Positions 48,087-60,836 of a stretch of DNA of 64,000 bases are shown here, in pieces; within the stretch, counting starts at the first letter, position 1; each line of letters begins with the position of its first letter. The notes under the pieces are model-generated. The model was not told the DNA's origin and searched no databases. It worked only from the letters and a program-made list of their open reading frames with translations. Origin of the DNA: Takakia lepidozioides (lineage: Eukaryota > Plantae > Bryophyta); contig CM060731.1 of assembly GCA_030704615.1 (NCBI GenBank), positions 56,172,001-56,236,000 of the forward strand, written 5' to 3'. Both the position numbers and the translations under genes were made by a program.

Positions 48087-49848
48087 GGCAAGTAATAGAA
48101 GAGGCCCGGGAGTTTAATGCGCCCGGCCGGTAAGCGAACGTGGCCCGCCGCCCACCCGCAGCCGCGCCCCCCTAGTCTGGCGCCTCAGATCCGCGCGGTC
48201 ACCGCGACGACGCCCATGTCGTGGTAGGCCCCACGCAGTCTAGAGTCCCTTTTTTTGTATAACTAACATTAATTTCCCACTGCTTCTACTGTAGAAGCAC
48301 GCAGCCCAGTGGTGCGATCACTCCTACCTGAAAGCGGAGGTTGCAGGGTCGGCTTTCTATAGTACTGCGTTTGAGGCTTTTTGCGCTGCTACTTCGAAAA
48401 AAATTCAAAGTCCTGAGTCGATGCCCATCTTCACGCATAGTCATACATGTATGGAAATACATGAGAAATACATGGTCATGCATGTGGAGTCTCAGGTTCC
48501 GTACCAATTAGTGTATGATGTCAGATAATACTAGAGTTTTTGTTTGATTTTGCAACTTCAAAAAAGTTCCAAGTTTAAATGCTCATCTTGCATAGTCTTA
48601 CATGAGAAATAAATGGTCATGCATGGAAATACATCGGTTGTCTTCAGACAGAAGTCTTGCATGGACGCACATCACATTGTATGTATGTATGTATGTATGA
48701 CAATGCAACTGATTTCTTATGTGTGACTGTGCATGAAAATAATACCAGATGTCATGTATTCCATGTATGACACATGCAATTTTATTTTTCAAGTAATAAG
48801 AATAAAAGAATTCTATTAGTAGAGATATTAAGATTCATACTCATCATCTCATTCATTGTTATATGAACCCACGACCTCATGACTTGTATGCATAGAAATA
48901 GAGTTTTAATAATGCATGAAAAATACATGACAAGTTTGATGCATTGTCATACATATGCCACAAGAAATATGACATCATGTATGTACGACTATGCTAATAG
49001 ATATGACAATGCATTCAAATCATGTATGACAGCAACGATTGAAAATAAAAAGAATGATATTAGTATAGATTTGAAGATTCATAGTCACCATCTCATCCAT
49101 TGTAAATTGAACCCGTGAGTTCACGATTTTTATGCATAGAGATAAAGTATTGATACTGCATGGAAATACATGGTTTGAAGTATGATATACTTGTCATACA
49201 TAATTATAATATATACCATTCAAGACTTGTGCATGAAGACAGCTCATGTATTCATGCCTGACTATACATTTTCTCTTGTATGACTATTTTCGAAGATGGT
49301 CATCCAAGTATAGTCACCATGTAACTACTTTCGCAGGGACTGACAATTTTTTTGAAGTAGCAAAATTACAAAGATTGGGAGCTTATCGGGAACATGCATG
49401 TCCATATATTTCTCATGTACATGAGATTTGACAGTATGTCAACCTGAGACCGGGCCCACAACCCTATATTTCTCATGTATTTCCATACATGTGTGACTAT
49501 GCGTGAAATGGGCATGGACTCAGGACTTAGAATTTTTTTGAAGTAGCAGCGCAAAATGCCTCAGATGCAGAACTGTTGAAGTGCGACCCAGAGACCATAG
49601 CTTTCAGGAAGGAGCGATCGCACCACTGGGCTGCATTCTCATACGTAAAAGAGCTGGAATTTAATGTTACTTATACAGAAAAATGGACTCTAGACTCCGT
49701 GGGGCCTACCACGACATGGGCGTCGTCGCGGTGACCGCGCGGATCTGAGGCGCCAGACTTTGGGGGGCGCGGCTGCGGGTGGGCGGCGGGCCACGTACGC
49801 TTACCGGCCCGGGCGCATTAAACTCCCGGGCCTCTTCTATTACTTGCC
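48087..49848. mobile_element. Foldback/Mutator-like non-autonomous element with ~390-bp inverted arms
   Basis: GGCAAGTAATAGAAGAGG.. at 48087 mirrors ..CCTCTTCTATTACTTGCC at 49848. The outer ~165 bp are GC-rich and almost perfectly inverted. The flanks ctacataca and ctacattat are a partial 9-bp TSD. CATG-rich interior. Confidence 0.85.
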
Positions 49849-50497
49849 CTACATTATTGCCCTGTTTCTCTTATATATGAAAAAAACGACTTCTAAGCGG
49901 CATGGTAGTTGTAAATTTCATATGCCAAAAAAATTCTAAGTCCTCGACGCATGAAGGCCACACAAAATTCTGAGCCAGAGTGAACGCTACACGGAAGTGT
50001 CAGAGATGAGATGAAACCAAATCCATCTTTTATGGGGCCATTTGCACCACATTCGGGTCAACACATCCACAGGCATCAAGTGGAAAGGGGAAGATGCTTG
50101 CACTTCATACATGCACATTTGTTGTTTGGTAGACCCCCTAGGCTCTACTTGGTGAGACAAAATCCATGTGAGGGGCAGGCTTTTACCTGCTCGTGTAGCT
50201 TCAGTTGCAATTCTGAACTTGTTTGTCTTGAGAATATCTCCGGAGTTGCCCGTGCATGCAGACGAATTTAGAAATATTGAGTGCATAGTTTGCCTAGCTT
50301 TTAACATTGGACAGTCTCTGGGCACTATGGCTGCCTTTCAACCTTTCAGCCCTTCTAGTAGGACTGGTACGAACAGATGCAGTGTAGTCTCCAGACAGAC
50401 TGTAATGTTAATTGCCCTCCATGCACCTGGTATTTTGGGTCGAGGCAAATTTTCAATATGTACAATCAACTTGTTAAAATATGTAGGATGAGTCATA

Positions 50498-53210
50498 CTA
50501 GTATTGAAAGCCGTCTGAATATTGCTTGGAAGAATTGCCCCACTGAGTGAGCGCTAGGAACTGATTGAATGTAATAAGTCCAGGAAAGCGTCTTCGGCAG
50601 TCATTGATATCAGCACTGTATCCCTTCTCTGACAGGAACTTGGCGATGCGGTACAAATCTCTGCAACATGACAATGAGCAAAATATAAGACTGCAAGGTT
50701 CTACTGAATGCTAAATCTACATGTGTAAGGTTATTCTAACAACCCAAACTCAAAACTGTGTGGAGAAGCCACACAAGCAAGATCCTTTATCTGGGTAAGC
50801 CAGATATTGTACCTTCAGTGGACACCAAGGATGGAAGGCACATTCCAAGGATTCCTTATTTTGCCAGTGTAAGGTTCAATTACCTGTTTAAAAACCAGAA
50901 GAGGACTTTGGGGGGCCTAAAGTGGCTCACTTTGGAACCACCCTGTGCCTTGGAATATGCCTCGCACATTTGCAAGGGAGTGAGTTCATCGCCAGCAAGC
51001 TCAAGGCTTCTGCCACCAAAGGTTTCTGGCTGCACACATTGCCACCACATTTAGGAGAGACAGAGGGAGGCATGAAGGGAGGCAGAGCCTTGCTGCTTCA
51101 TATCACCTGCAGCCTTTATGTTTTCATTTTGCATACATATCTGCCAAAGTACAGAGCTCAGAACTGGGAGACTGACATGACTGCAACACAAGTTTGTAGT
51201 CGATTTGTTCCTGCCAGATTGACACTGCCTTTTTTGCAGGTAAAGGTTCTCACAGTCATTCATGTCAAATGTGACACAGAGAACTTTTAAGCCAGCAAGC
51301 AGCTTTTAGAATGAGCTCTTAAGCAAAAAGATACATCTTGGACCACAACCAGGTTGTCTACAGTGTGATGCCAGGATGGAATTCCCCACTTAGAACAGGT
51401 AGTCGATTCCTTTGAGAAGGTGATAGGAAGCTGTACCTTAGCTGAAATGCTGAAGAGAAAGGACAGCAAATACCTGCTGTAATGAGATCCCTGCTGCTAG
51501 TCCCATGTCTTTAACGGCCAACAATTGGAGGGGTTTGTCACCTGGAATGCTAAACGGGAAAGTACCCTGCAATTCACAGGTACAATAATGATTCTTTCTA
51601 GAGACTCGGAATTCCAGTCTACATGACTGCTGGGAGCTACTTCTACTTCGAAATAGTGACTCTCATAATCTATCTAAAGTTTCCCTTTTCTCAATTTGAC
51701 ATGTAGGTGTTGAATTGAAAGTGATTCAACCTTTCCTGGAAGTGTCTCCTCGTTGTCTATTGTCCACTTCCACTGAATAACTCACAAAATTCTCTGAACA
51801 AGAATTAAATCCTGCAATAGGAACTCCAGGAGTAGCCTCACTTTCAAAATCTGCGGCCTGGTGTACACCTTCCAGAACTCTTCCATGAACATCGTGGCCT
51901 GAAGATTTGTCGTGGGAATTCCCGAGTTCTTAAAGATCGACTCAATGTTGTGCTTCTGCTCCACTTGTGAGATGCCAAACCCCCCCCCACCTGCAACGGG
52001 TGACATAAGGGTCAAAACTCTGTTGTTAACCTCAAATCACACATGCAGGGGAATCACAGATTTTAAAGATAGTACACGTCCTTACGTAAGATTTAACTAC
52101 AGCACAAACTGTAGGACTCAGTAACTCGAATCCTACCACTGCTGTTGTATACAATGTGCTCAACACCAGCGGATGCAGCAGCCCGTGCCACCCTCTCTGC
52201 CCGAAGCTCCCCTGCTGGATCAGCCTTTGCTGCATCCTTACTAGTGGCATGGCAGTAGATGGCCCTCACTCCTGTATGAGAAAACAGATGTTACAATTGG
52301 CATTCCACTTGAGATAAAGAGCCTTCTTTGCGATATCTTTCTTCCAGCTGGGCTAGATTATTAGTGCCACTCAAGAAGTTCAAAACAGATGTAAGATCTC
52401 TATGCCTTCCACGGAACATGAATATGTGCTTCACTACTCAAAGAAGGTAGACATCAAAAGGTATCCTTCAAGGATTGTAGCAGACGTAAGATAAAATGAT
52501 CATGGTTGCGAATTACTCTTACTCTAAGACTTAGAGAGTCTGGGATCCCGTCCCAATGGATATACGAAGCGGATCGAACAACTTTCCACTTAGCACAATC
52601 TTCGAAAGGACATCTGAAAAGATTAACAGTGACTAATGTTGGCTCCAGCAATCAAGGCAGATAAAACACTCCAGAGATATCACGGTCAAAGCTATGAAAA
52701 TAGAAATTCAGAATATACTCACCTACCTTTCACGACTTCCTTGATGCTGTCTGCGTCATCCAAATCACCCCCAATCACCTGAACACCCTGTGCTTCACAT
52801 GATCGAGCTGCATTTTTTTCAGGGTTTCGAGTCATCACTTTCATTGATGATTTCTCAATACCAGCAGTTAAGAGGCCATTCACTACGGAGCTTCCCGTGC
52901 CCCCTGTCACGCCAATCAACAAAATGGTGCCATTTCCCCTTCCCTGTTTCACCGCAGATGTTGGGCTCGAGGTAATGGTAGACATCCTAATGCGAAACTT
53001 GCAAGGAGGTCGACATCCTCTCACAAGGAGCTGAAATTGAGCCAATCCATTCAGGTGGAGCGAAAACTTGGCCTCTAATGCAACAGACAACAAACAATTT
53101 CCCGATTTTGGCTCACTTTGCCCTCGACGACCTTCCGATAAACGAGAGTGCACGCCACCGCGGGAGGTTTGATGGATGCGAGCAGTGCAGGGCACGAGCA
53201 TGGCGGCCAT
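50498..53210 (-). CDS. NmrA-like NAD(P)-binding Rossmann protein with a probable organellar transit peptide, six exons
   Basis: Exon 1 ILLIGVTGGTGSSVV..MTRNPEK..GDLDD. Later exons GVRAIYCH..HIVYNSS, QKHNIE..FMEEFWK, KPLQLLAVKDMG, ELAGDELTP and a final exon ending DGFQY* (TAG 50500-50498), with GT-AG boundaries. Confidence 0.85.
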
Positions 53211-54098
53211 GCCTGCTCTCCTCTCGACAGTGTAACACCCTGCGACCAACTATTGCGCTATATAACCTCCCCCTCAGCAATAGGAATAAAGTAACTTGAT
53301 GGACGCGTGCGATCCGACGGCTCCTCTGGCGGGCCCCTTGTCAAATCCTCCCCACACCCTCTTACCTCGGATTCATTATTCAATACATTAGAATGCAGGA
53401 GGCTGGCAAGCAGCTGCGATTCCTCTCACATGCTTCTGCGCACTTCACACACAAACAAGATTGGGCTTCCATTGATTTTGGATTTTAGTACTTGTGGCAC
53501 TGTTGACAATCCTGGCGCTGTAGCGGCAATTTTCTCACTATGAAACCTTGGAACTCGTGCTCTACATTTCTGGGCGTGCTGCTTTCAGTGACGCTTAAGC
53601 TCCGAGGAGGCTCATCCGATTACCCGTGGACCTTCTCCTAGGTGCTGGGTGACATCAGGCGTATTCCGAAGAAGTGATTCTCGTCTCTCCTGTTCTCTCC
53701 AGTACGGTTCCCCCATCATACGTTCAGAACATAATTGGGTTTGACTCCAACAACTCATAAGAGGACTGCAGACACAAGGAATTATCCCATATTTCGAGGG
53801 ACAGAAGCGACGCATGATCTGGGACAGGGGATTAAAGCAACTACATCATCTCATGAATTTGGATAATGTTGCAAGGAAAGAGTATTTCGGAATGGGGAAG
53901 GAGGAACAGGGAAAGCATGGGACCGGCCGAATCTTGGGAAAAACGCATGGCACGTGTTTCTCTTCCACCTGAGAGGCCCTTCAGACCAACCTAGACATAA
54001 TGGTGATCAGTGGGGCACAAGTCGAAAGTGGGATGGAGGTCTCAAAGGGACCTTCTGGAAGTGTTGATGATGTGACCACATGATTCAAAGGGCCACTA

Positions 54099-56189
54099 AT
54101 GCGGGAGGCACTGCTCGTGTTGAATATGATGGAGCAACAAGGCATTAGAGCTTATTTTGATATATGTGCTCGTGTCTTGCAGAGGTGTGCTAGGACGAAA
54201 GCCCTGGAAGATGGCAAGGCGGTCCATGCCCGCATAATTGAAAGCGGATTCAAGCCAGATATGTTCCTTGGCAACAACCTTATCAGCATGTATTTGAAAT
54301 GCGGGAGTGTGGTGGATGCGCGGCAAGTATTTGAGACAATGCCTGAACGGAATGTCGTTTCATGGACGGCGATGATTGCTGGATTATCTCAGCAAGGGCA
54401 CGGTGAAGAGGCATTCGAAATCTTTCAGCAAATGCAACGAGAAGGTGTCAAGCCAAACAAGATCACCTTCATGAGCATCCTCAACGCATGTGCCTGTCCA
54501 GTAGCTTTGGATCAGGGCAAGCGGCTCCATGCAGCCATCATCAAAGCCGGATTCGAGTCAGATGTCCGAGTCGGCAACGCTCTTGTCAGCATGTATTCCA
54601 AGTGTGGTAGTATGATCAATGCGTATCGAAGCTTCGACAAAATGCCTCAAAGAGATGCGGTGACATTCATCAGCATCCTCAATGGATGTGCTGTCCCAGC
54701 AGCTCTGGAACGAGGCAAGCGACTCCATGCGGGCATCATCGAAGCTGGGGTTGAGTCAGATATCCGTGTGGGGAATGCCCTTGTCGGCATGTATTGCAAG
54801 TGTGGTAGTGTGGTGGATGCGTTACGAGTGTTCGACACGATGCCCGAAAGAAATGTGGTCAGTTTCATTATCATCCTCAGTGCATGTGCAAACCCAGCAG
54901 CTCTGGATCAAGGCGAGCTGTTCCATGCGGGCATCGTCAAAGCTGGATTTCAGTCAGACGTCCGAGTAGGAAATGCCCTTGTCAGCATGTATTGCAAGTG
55001 TGGTAGTCTGGTAAAAGCGCGTCAAGTGTTTGACAACATGCCTAAGCGGGATGTAATCTCATGGAATGCGATGATTGCAGGGTCCACCCAGCATAATCAT
55101 TGTGAGAAGGCTTTTGAGCTGTTTAAGCAAATGCAACAGGAGGGTTTAAAGCATGACAAGGTCACTTTCATTAGCATCCTCAACGCATGTGCCACACAAG
55201 CAACACTGGAACAAGGCAAGCTGGCCCATGCTGGCATTATCAAAGCTGGATTTGAATCAGACGTCAAAGTTGGGACTGCCCTTTTGAGCATGTATTGCAA
55301 GTGTGGGAATTTGGCGGATGCGCAGCAGGTATTCTTTGATATGCCTCAGCGAAATGTGGTCTCATGGAATGTGATAATTGCAGGATCCCTTCAGCATGGT
55401 CATAACGAGAAGGCTTTCAAGCTGTTCGATCAAATGCAGATAGAAGGCATAAAACCTGACAAAGTCTCTTTCATTAGCCTCCTCAATGCATGCGCCAGTC
55501 TAGGGTTCCTGGAAGTGGGCAAGTGGGTACACACACAGATCTCCAAAAGGGGATTTGAGTCAGATGTCCAAGTGGGGAATGTTCTTGTGGACATGTATGC
55601 GAAGTGTGGCAGAGTGGGGGATGCACGAAAAGTTTTTGACAAAATTTCCAAACGAGATGTCATCTCATGGACTGCTATGATCACAGGATATTCTCAACAT
55701 GGGCATGGCAGGGAGGCCCTTCGACTCTTTGGACAGATGCAACAAGAAGGGGTAAATCCAAATGAGGTCACATTCGTTGGTGTTCTCTCTGCATGTAGTC
55801 ATGTGGGTCTGCTAGATGAAGGCCATCGCCACTTCCTTTCTATGAGTCAGGATCATGGCATTAGACCAACATGTAAGCATTATGGATGCATAGTTGACCT
55901 TCTTGGCCGTGCAGGGCGCTTGGAGGACGCAGAGGAATTTATCAGCAAAATGCCATTTGAAGCAGATGCCTCAATATGGAGAACCTTGCTTGGGGCCTGC
56001 AGAATCCATGGCAATGTGGAGATAGCAGAACATGCTGCCAAATGTGCTCTCAAGTTGGAACCACAATCTGCTGCAGTATATGTGCTGCTTGCTAATATTT
56101 ATGCTGCAACTGGCAGGTGGAATGATATAGCAAAGGTGAGAAAAGTAATGGAGGACAGAGGTGTGAACAAGGAGCGATGCTGCAGCTGA
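54099..56189 (+). CDS. PLS-class PPR protein with E domain; DYW tail decayed
   Basis: 696-aa ORF of P-L-S triplets (NVVSWTAMIAG, ITFMSILNAC, VGNALVSMY) and E motifs, stopping at KERCCS*. Degenerate E+ sequence (EEMYAELDRL..QMKMAG) follows the stop. Confidence 0.88.
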   Translation: MREALLVLNMMEQQGIRAYFDICARVLQRCARTKALEDGKAVHARIIESGFKPDMFLGNNLISMYLKCGSVVDARQVFETMPERNVVSWTAMIAGLSQQGHGEEAFEIFQQMQREGVKPNKITFMSILNACACPVALDQGKRLHAAIIKAGFESDVRVGNALVSMYSKCGSMINAYRSFDKMPQRDAVTFISILNGCAVPAALERGKRLHAGIIEAGVESDIRVGNALVGMYCKCGSVVDALRVFDTMPERNVVSFIIILSACANPAALDQGELFHAGIVKAGFQSDVRVGNALVSMYCKCGSLVKARQVFDNMPKRDVISWNAMIAGSTQHNHCEKAFELFKQMQQEGLKHDKVTFISILNACATQATLEQGKLAHAGIIKAGFESDVKVGTALLSMYCKCGNLADAQQVFFDMPQRNVVSWNVIIAGSLQHGHNEKAFKLFDQMQIEGIKPDKVSFISLLNACASLGFLEVGKWVHTQISKRGFESDVQVGNVLVDMYAKCGRVGDARKVFDKISKRDVISWTAMITGYSQHGHGREALRLFGQMQQEGVNPNEVTFVGVLSACSHVGLLDEGHRHFLSMSQDHGIRPTCKHYGCIVDLLGRAGRLEDAEEFISKMPFEADASIWRTLLGACRIHGNVEIAEHAAKCALKLEPQSAAVYVLLANIYAATGRWNDIAKVRKVMEDRGVNKERCCS

Positions 56190-58203
56190 ATTCAGGACAA
56201 GAACAAAATATGGAAGAGATGTATGCAGAGCTGGACAGATTGATACGCAGATGAAAATGGCAGGTATGTGCTGGACATGCATTGTCTTTCATGCAGATGG
56301 ATCAACATAACTTCAAGAATGAGCTGCATGCTTGTGGAGACTAATATTGATCTTTCAACTTATAAAAGTCTTCAGTCAATGTCTTGCAAGCTGTCCGGAA
56401 CTCTTTCTCTCTCTCTCCCCAAGGTCACCTCCATCCTGCAGTATGCGTAATACACTTAAGGTTCTTTCTCTCTCTTCCTCATTTTCACTCTCACAGCAAT
56501 GCAGATGTGCTGCCATGTTTGATATGCTAGCTGTCCTGAACTCTTTCTCTCCCCAATGTCACCTCCATCCTGCAAGTTTGTATGTATGTTTGTGTGTATA
56601 TGTTTTCGCTCTCACAGCAATGCAGATGTATTGGCCATGTTTGATATGCAACCTTCACAATCTTTTGCTAAGGCTTCATAACAAATTGGAACCTGAACAG
56701 TTGTTCTTAGATAAGGAGACTGCAGAGCCAGATTCAGGCTGTAGGTCTCAAATTAGAGCCACCAACACTTCTAAAATTCTGTGAAAAGAAAACGTTCACA
56801 ATAACTACATCGACATCTAACAAAACCAATAACTACTGCAGGACGCGGCAACAAGTGGTGATAACACATACAAAAATCTTGGACGGTTTCTGGTTAGTAT
56901 GTTTCCAATTCCTGTGTCTTGTTGGTGGGCATCCCAGCCAGTGAAAGAATCTCAGTGGTTAGGAATGGCTACCACTTTGGTTCCGCTGGACTGCCCTTTT
57001 AATATCTCTTGCATTTGAGGATAGATCTGCACTTTCCAGTACTCCTGGAAACTTGTCATTGAAGATAGTATCAAATATACCTCAAAGCGATGGCAAAGAC
57101 TTTGTTGCATAGGCTCCTTCACTCTGGTAATCCTGCTGTGTTAGTAACTCACAACATTACATAATGTTTTTGCCAGCATAATGAGGTTCTGATCTATAGA
57201 ATACGTAAACTTGCAATTTCACCAGATGCTACAGCGGCCTATGAGCAACTGGTGGGCGTAGACGAGCATCCGGATGTCAAAATTTTCGTCCAAGTTTCTC
57301 ATCGGTTTCCCAAATAGACAACAATCATGAAGCGTTGCGAATTGAAAACTTGTGAATGGGGCACCAAGTGCATGGTCTAAGCTACTTGGCCTCAATATTG
57401 TTATCTCACTGGACACTATTGCCTTGAAGTGCTTCAACGTGTACTCATAAATTTGGAGTCATCCTGTTCGGGTATATTGAAATTTGAGAGGGATATTAAT
57501 ATTCCCTCGAATCTCATACTGCTGGACAGGATAAAGTAAGCAACCATCTGTCTCCACTTCTTGCATGGTGCAAGCTCGGGAGTCAGCACAGATAGAGAAT
57601 GTACTCATAAGACGCAGGTTGCCGGAGCCTTGTGTCTATCTTTTTGTGCCTATGTTTTAAACTACATAGTTTCTTGCATTGGGTTTTCTAAAGTACTCTG
57701 GGCACTAGTATAACATGTCTTTGCATGCCTCAACAGGTTTGAGGCGAACCGCAACCGTAGCAACAAAGCTATGTACAAATCAACAGCACTAGAGCATGTT
57801 AGATTTAGGAATGTCAATACTCTGCCCTTGTACAGTTTTGGATCCAAGGAGTGCATGACATCCATAGGAGCCACATGATTAGGGGAAAGGGTGCTGATCA
57901 GGTATGGCTTGGCTCTTCCTCACAGCAGAAAGGGGATGCTAAGTATACACACATGCTGAGATAGAAAGTTGATGCTAGAGAAGGCAAGGGGGTGATCCAT
58001 GGAGAGGTTGATTGGAGGGCTGGCTATGCAAGCCCAAAACTGTGTGTGATCTTTGACAGAATATAGCTGCCATTTGTGTAAAGACTTGTAGGGTGGAAAC
58101 CATTGAAGGCAGGCATCAATCTGCAATGCGAGTATCTCCCAATGTCAAGACATCATGCAAATGATTAGTAGTTCGCACTTCCCCCTAACATAAGCACCAA
58201 AGA

Positions 58204-58946
58204 ATGTACTCATAAGACGTCGCTTGCCATAGCCTGGTGGCCATTGACCCGGTGCCCAGTTTGAGCGGAACACAAAGGGACAGAGCCTACCTTTGTCAGC
58301 CCCTACCTTTGTCAGGGGCTGACGTTGGTAGTAAGACTTACCTTGGAATAAAGAATTCATCCGGGTTTTCCAGATATCCTCTAGAAATCCCTTCGCACAA
58401 GCTTCAATCTGTTGTGTGGTTTGCCCAATAACTAGGCCCCAAAAGGCCCGGGCTTTTGGCTCAACCTCAAGACTTTCAAAGTTGGGAAACAGAGGTACGG
58501 GCACAATTCCCTTGATAGAATCGAGGAGAGCGTCTCTCTGGTGAGAGAACCCCGGACAGTGAATCAGAAAATGAATATTGTCTTCAGGTTGCCCACACAA
58601 CGGGTAATTGCACTCTCCCTTTCCTCTTTGCTTTTGTTTGCTGTTCAAAGGTAGGCTTCCCGCCCTGAATTTAAATTTCAGTCTCTTGCGGAGAGTGACC
58701 CTTGAGGTCATCTATGATGTCCTCCCCCATGTCACAGAGTTCAGGGAAGTTCTCTACCTAGCTTCATTTTCATCAAACAATTTCCTGGCAACAGACATGG
58801 CTTTGGACACTACAGCCTCTAAATCAAATTTATCCAGCAGGGTCAAGACTTTCGGATTAAGATTCAGATCCTTGAGAATCTCTTCTACTCTCTTCTGCCA
58901 GGAGTTAGCCTGTTTGACAGGGCGATCTTGTTTCCAAGATATAGAG
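58204..58946 (-). mobile_element. 5'-truncated RTE-X-like LINE copy
   Basis: 13-bp TSD taagcaccaaaga (58191-58203 and 58947-58959). Homologous to 60093-60836. Confidence 0.85.
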
Positions 58947-59059
58947 TAAGCACCAAAGAGATAGGCAAGGCTCACCTTCAGAAGAAATGGTAGAATAAGG
59001 TTGGCAAAATACACGTCAGAAACATGTTGACAGCATTACTCTCATGATCCCCATAGTCA

Positions 59060-60836
59060 CGCTCCTCAATGTTGTTGGCAAGACATTCTGCAGAGTTATA
59101 AGTACTCGTCTCGAGGTTGATCTGGAGTCTAGAGGTTGTTTCCACGAAGGCCAAGCTGGCTTTTGGCGAAACAGGGGCTGTGTGGATCATATCTTCACTC
59201 TAAGCCAGATTATCCAGGGAAGGAAAAAAGAAGGGAAACCCATTTATGTTTTTTTCCTGGATGTCAAAAAGGCTTATGACACAGTGTGGAGAGATGGCCT
59301 ATGGTTCCGCCTCTGGTCTTGTGGGATCAAGGGAAAGATCTGTTAACGGACAGAAGTCCAACTTCTTTGACATAGACCAAGGTGTAGCTCAAGGTTGTAC
59401 TCTCTCCCCTCTGCTCTTCAATGTTTTCATCAATGAAAGTGAGGGATTTGGGTTAAGGGTGGGTGATACCACCATACCAGCCCTTATGTTTGCGGATGAC
59501 TTCGCAGGCATAGGGGAGACTCCAACCAATCTCCAGGAGTTGATTGATTGCGCGAACAGATACTTTGATCTTTGGGGGCTAGAGGCTAATGTCAGCAAAT
59601 GTGCAGTGGTAGCATTCAACGACAGAGGAGAGGGAGGAAGTGATCTTAAGTGGCAGTGGGGTAGCCAAGAGATCCCGGTCCTCCCTTCCTACACTTACCT
59701 GGGCGTTGAGTTTTCCTCCAATTGTAATTGGGATGCACATATCCGGAAAGTTGTTCAAACTGGCAAGGGCAAAGCTCTGGGGCTCACTAAATTTTTCCAC
59801 TGCAGAGGGGTCAACTCTGAGGTTAAGAAAACCATGCTTTGTCGCGTTATTAGACCTACCTTGGAGTACGGATCTGTTATATGGGTTGATAACTCCAACC
59901 AGGCTAAGTCTCTAGAATCCATTCAAGTGGGGGTGCTTAAGGAGTGTATGTCAGCATGCTCCAAAACAGCCAATGTGGCTGTTCGGGGTGAGTTTGGCAT
60001 TCCGTCCTTAAGCTCTCGACGAGATGAATTCAAGGTCAGATGGTGGGGTCAGCTGCAACATATGCCCAACACCAGATATCCGAAGTTAATCGACTCTATA
60101 TCTTGGAAACAGGACCGCCCTGTCAAACAGGCTAAGTCCTGCCAGAAGAGAGTAGAAGAGATTCTCAAGGACCTAGACCTGGATCCGCAAGTCTTGACCC
60201 TGCTGGATAAATCTGACTTAGAGGTTGTAAAGTCCTCAGCCATATCTGTTGCCATGAGATTGTCTGATGAAAATGAAGTTAGGCATAAAACTTCCCTGAA
60301 CTTGTTTCCAATCAGTGACATGGGGGAGGACATCTTGGATGACCTCAAGGGTCTACCCACTCTCGGCACTAGACTGAAATTTAAACTCAGGGCAGGAAGC
60401 CTACCTTTGAACAGTAAACAGAAGCAGAGAGGAAAGGGAGAGTGCAATTGCCCGTTGTGTGGGCAATCTGAAGACAGTATTCATTTTCCGATACATTGTT
60501 CGGGGTTCTCTCACATAGAGACGCTCTCTTCAAATCTATCAAGGGAATTGTGTCTGTACCCCTGTTTACCAACTTTGAAAGTCTCGAGGCTGAGCCAAAA
60601 GCCCAGGCCCTCCTGAGGCCTAGTTTTTGGGCAAATCACACACAGCAGATTGATGCTTGTGTGAAGGGAGATCTAGAGGATATCTGGAAAACCCGGATTA
60701 ATTCTATATATGAAGGTAAGTCTTACTACCAATGTCAGCCCCTGACAAATGTAGGTTCTGTCCCTTTTGTTCCCGCTCAAACTGGGCGCGGGGTCAATGG
60801 CCACAACGCTACGGCAAACAACGTCTTATGAGTACA
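59060..60836 (+). mobile_element. 5'-truncated RTE-X-like LINE (RT and C-terminal CCHC finger)
   Basis: QAGF..CVDHIFTL, LDVKKAYDTV, GVAQGCTLSPLLF, MFADD, YTYLGV and CPLC..H...C. 13-bp TSD atcccca(t/c)agtca (59047-59059 and 60837-60849). Clade assignment is an inference. Confidence 0.85.

Noticed and set aside
58204-60836. Single LINE insertion with twin-priming 5' inversion
   Set aside because: Both parts include the same 3' end, are clearly diverged and have separate TSDs.
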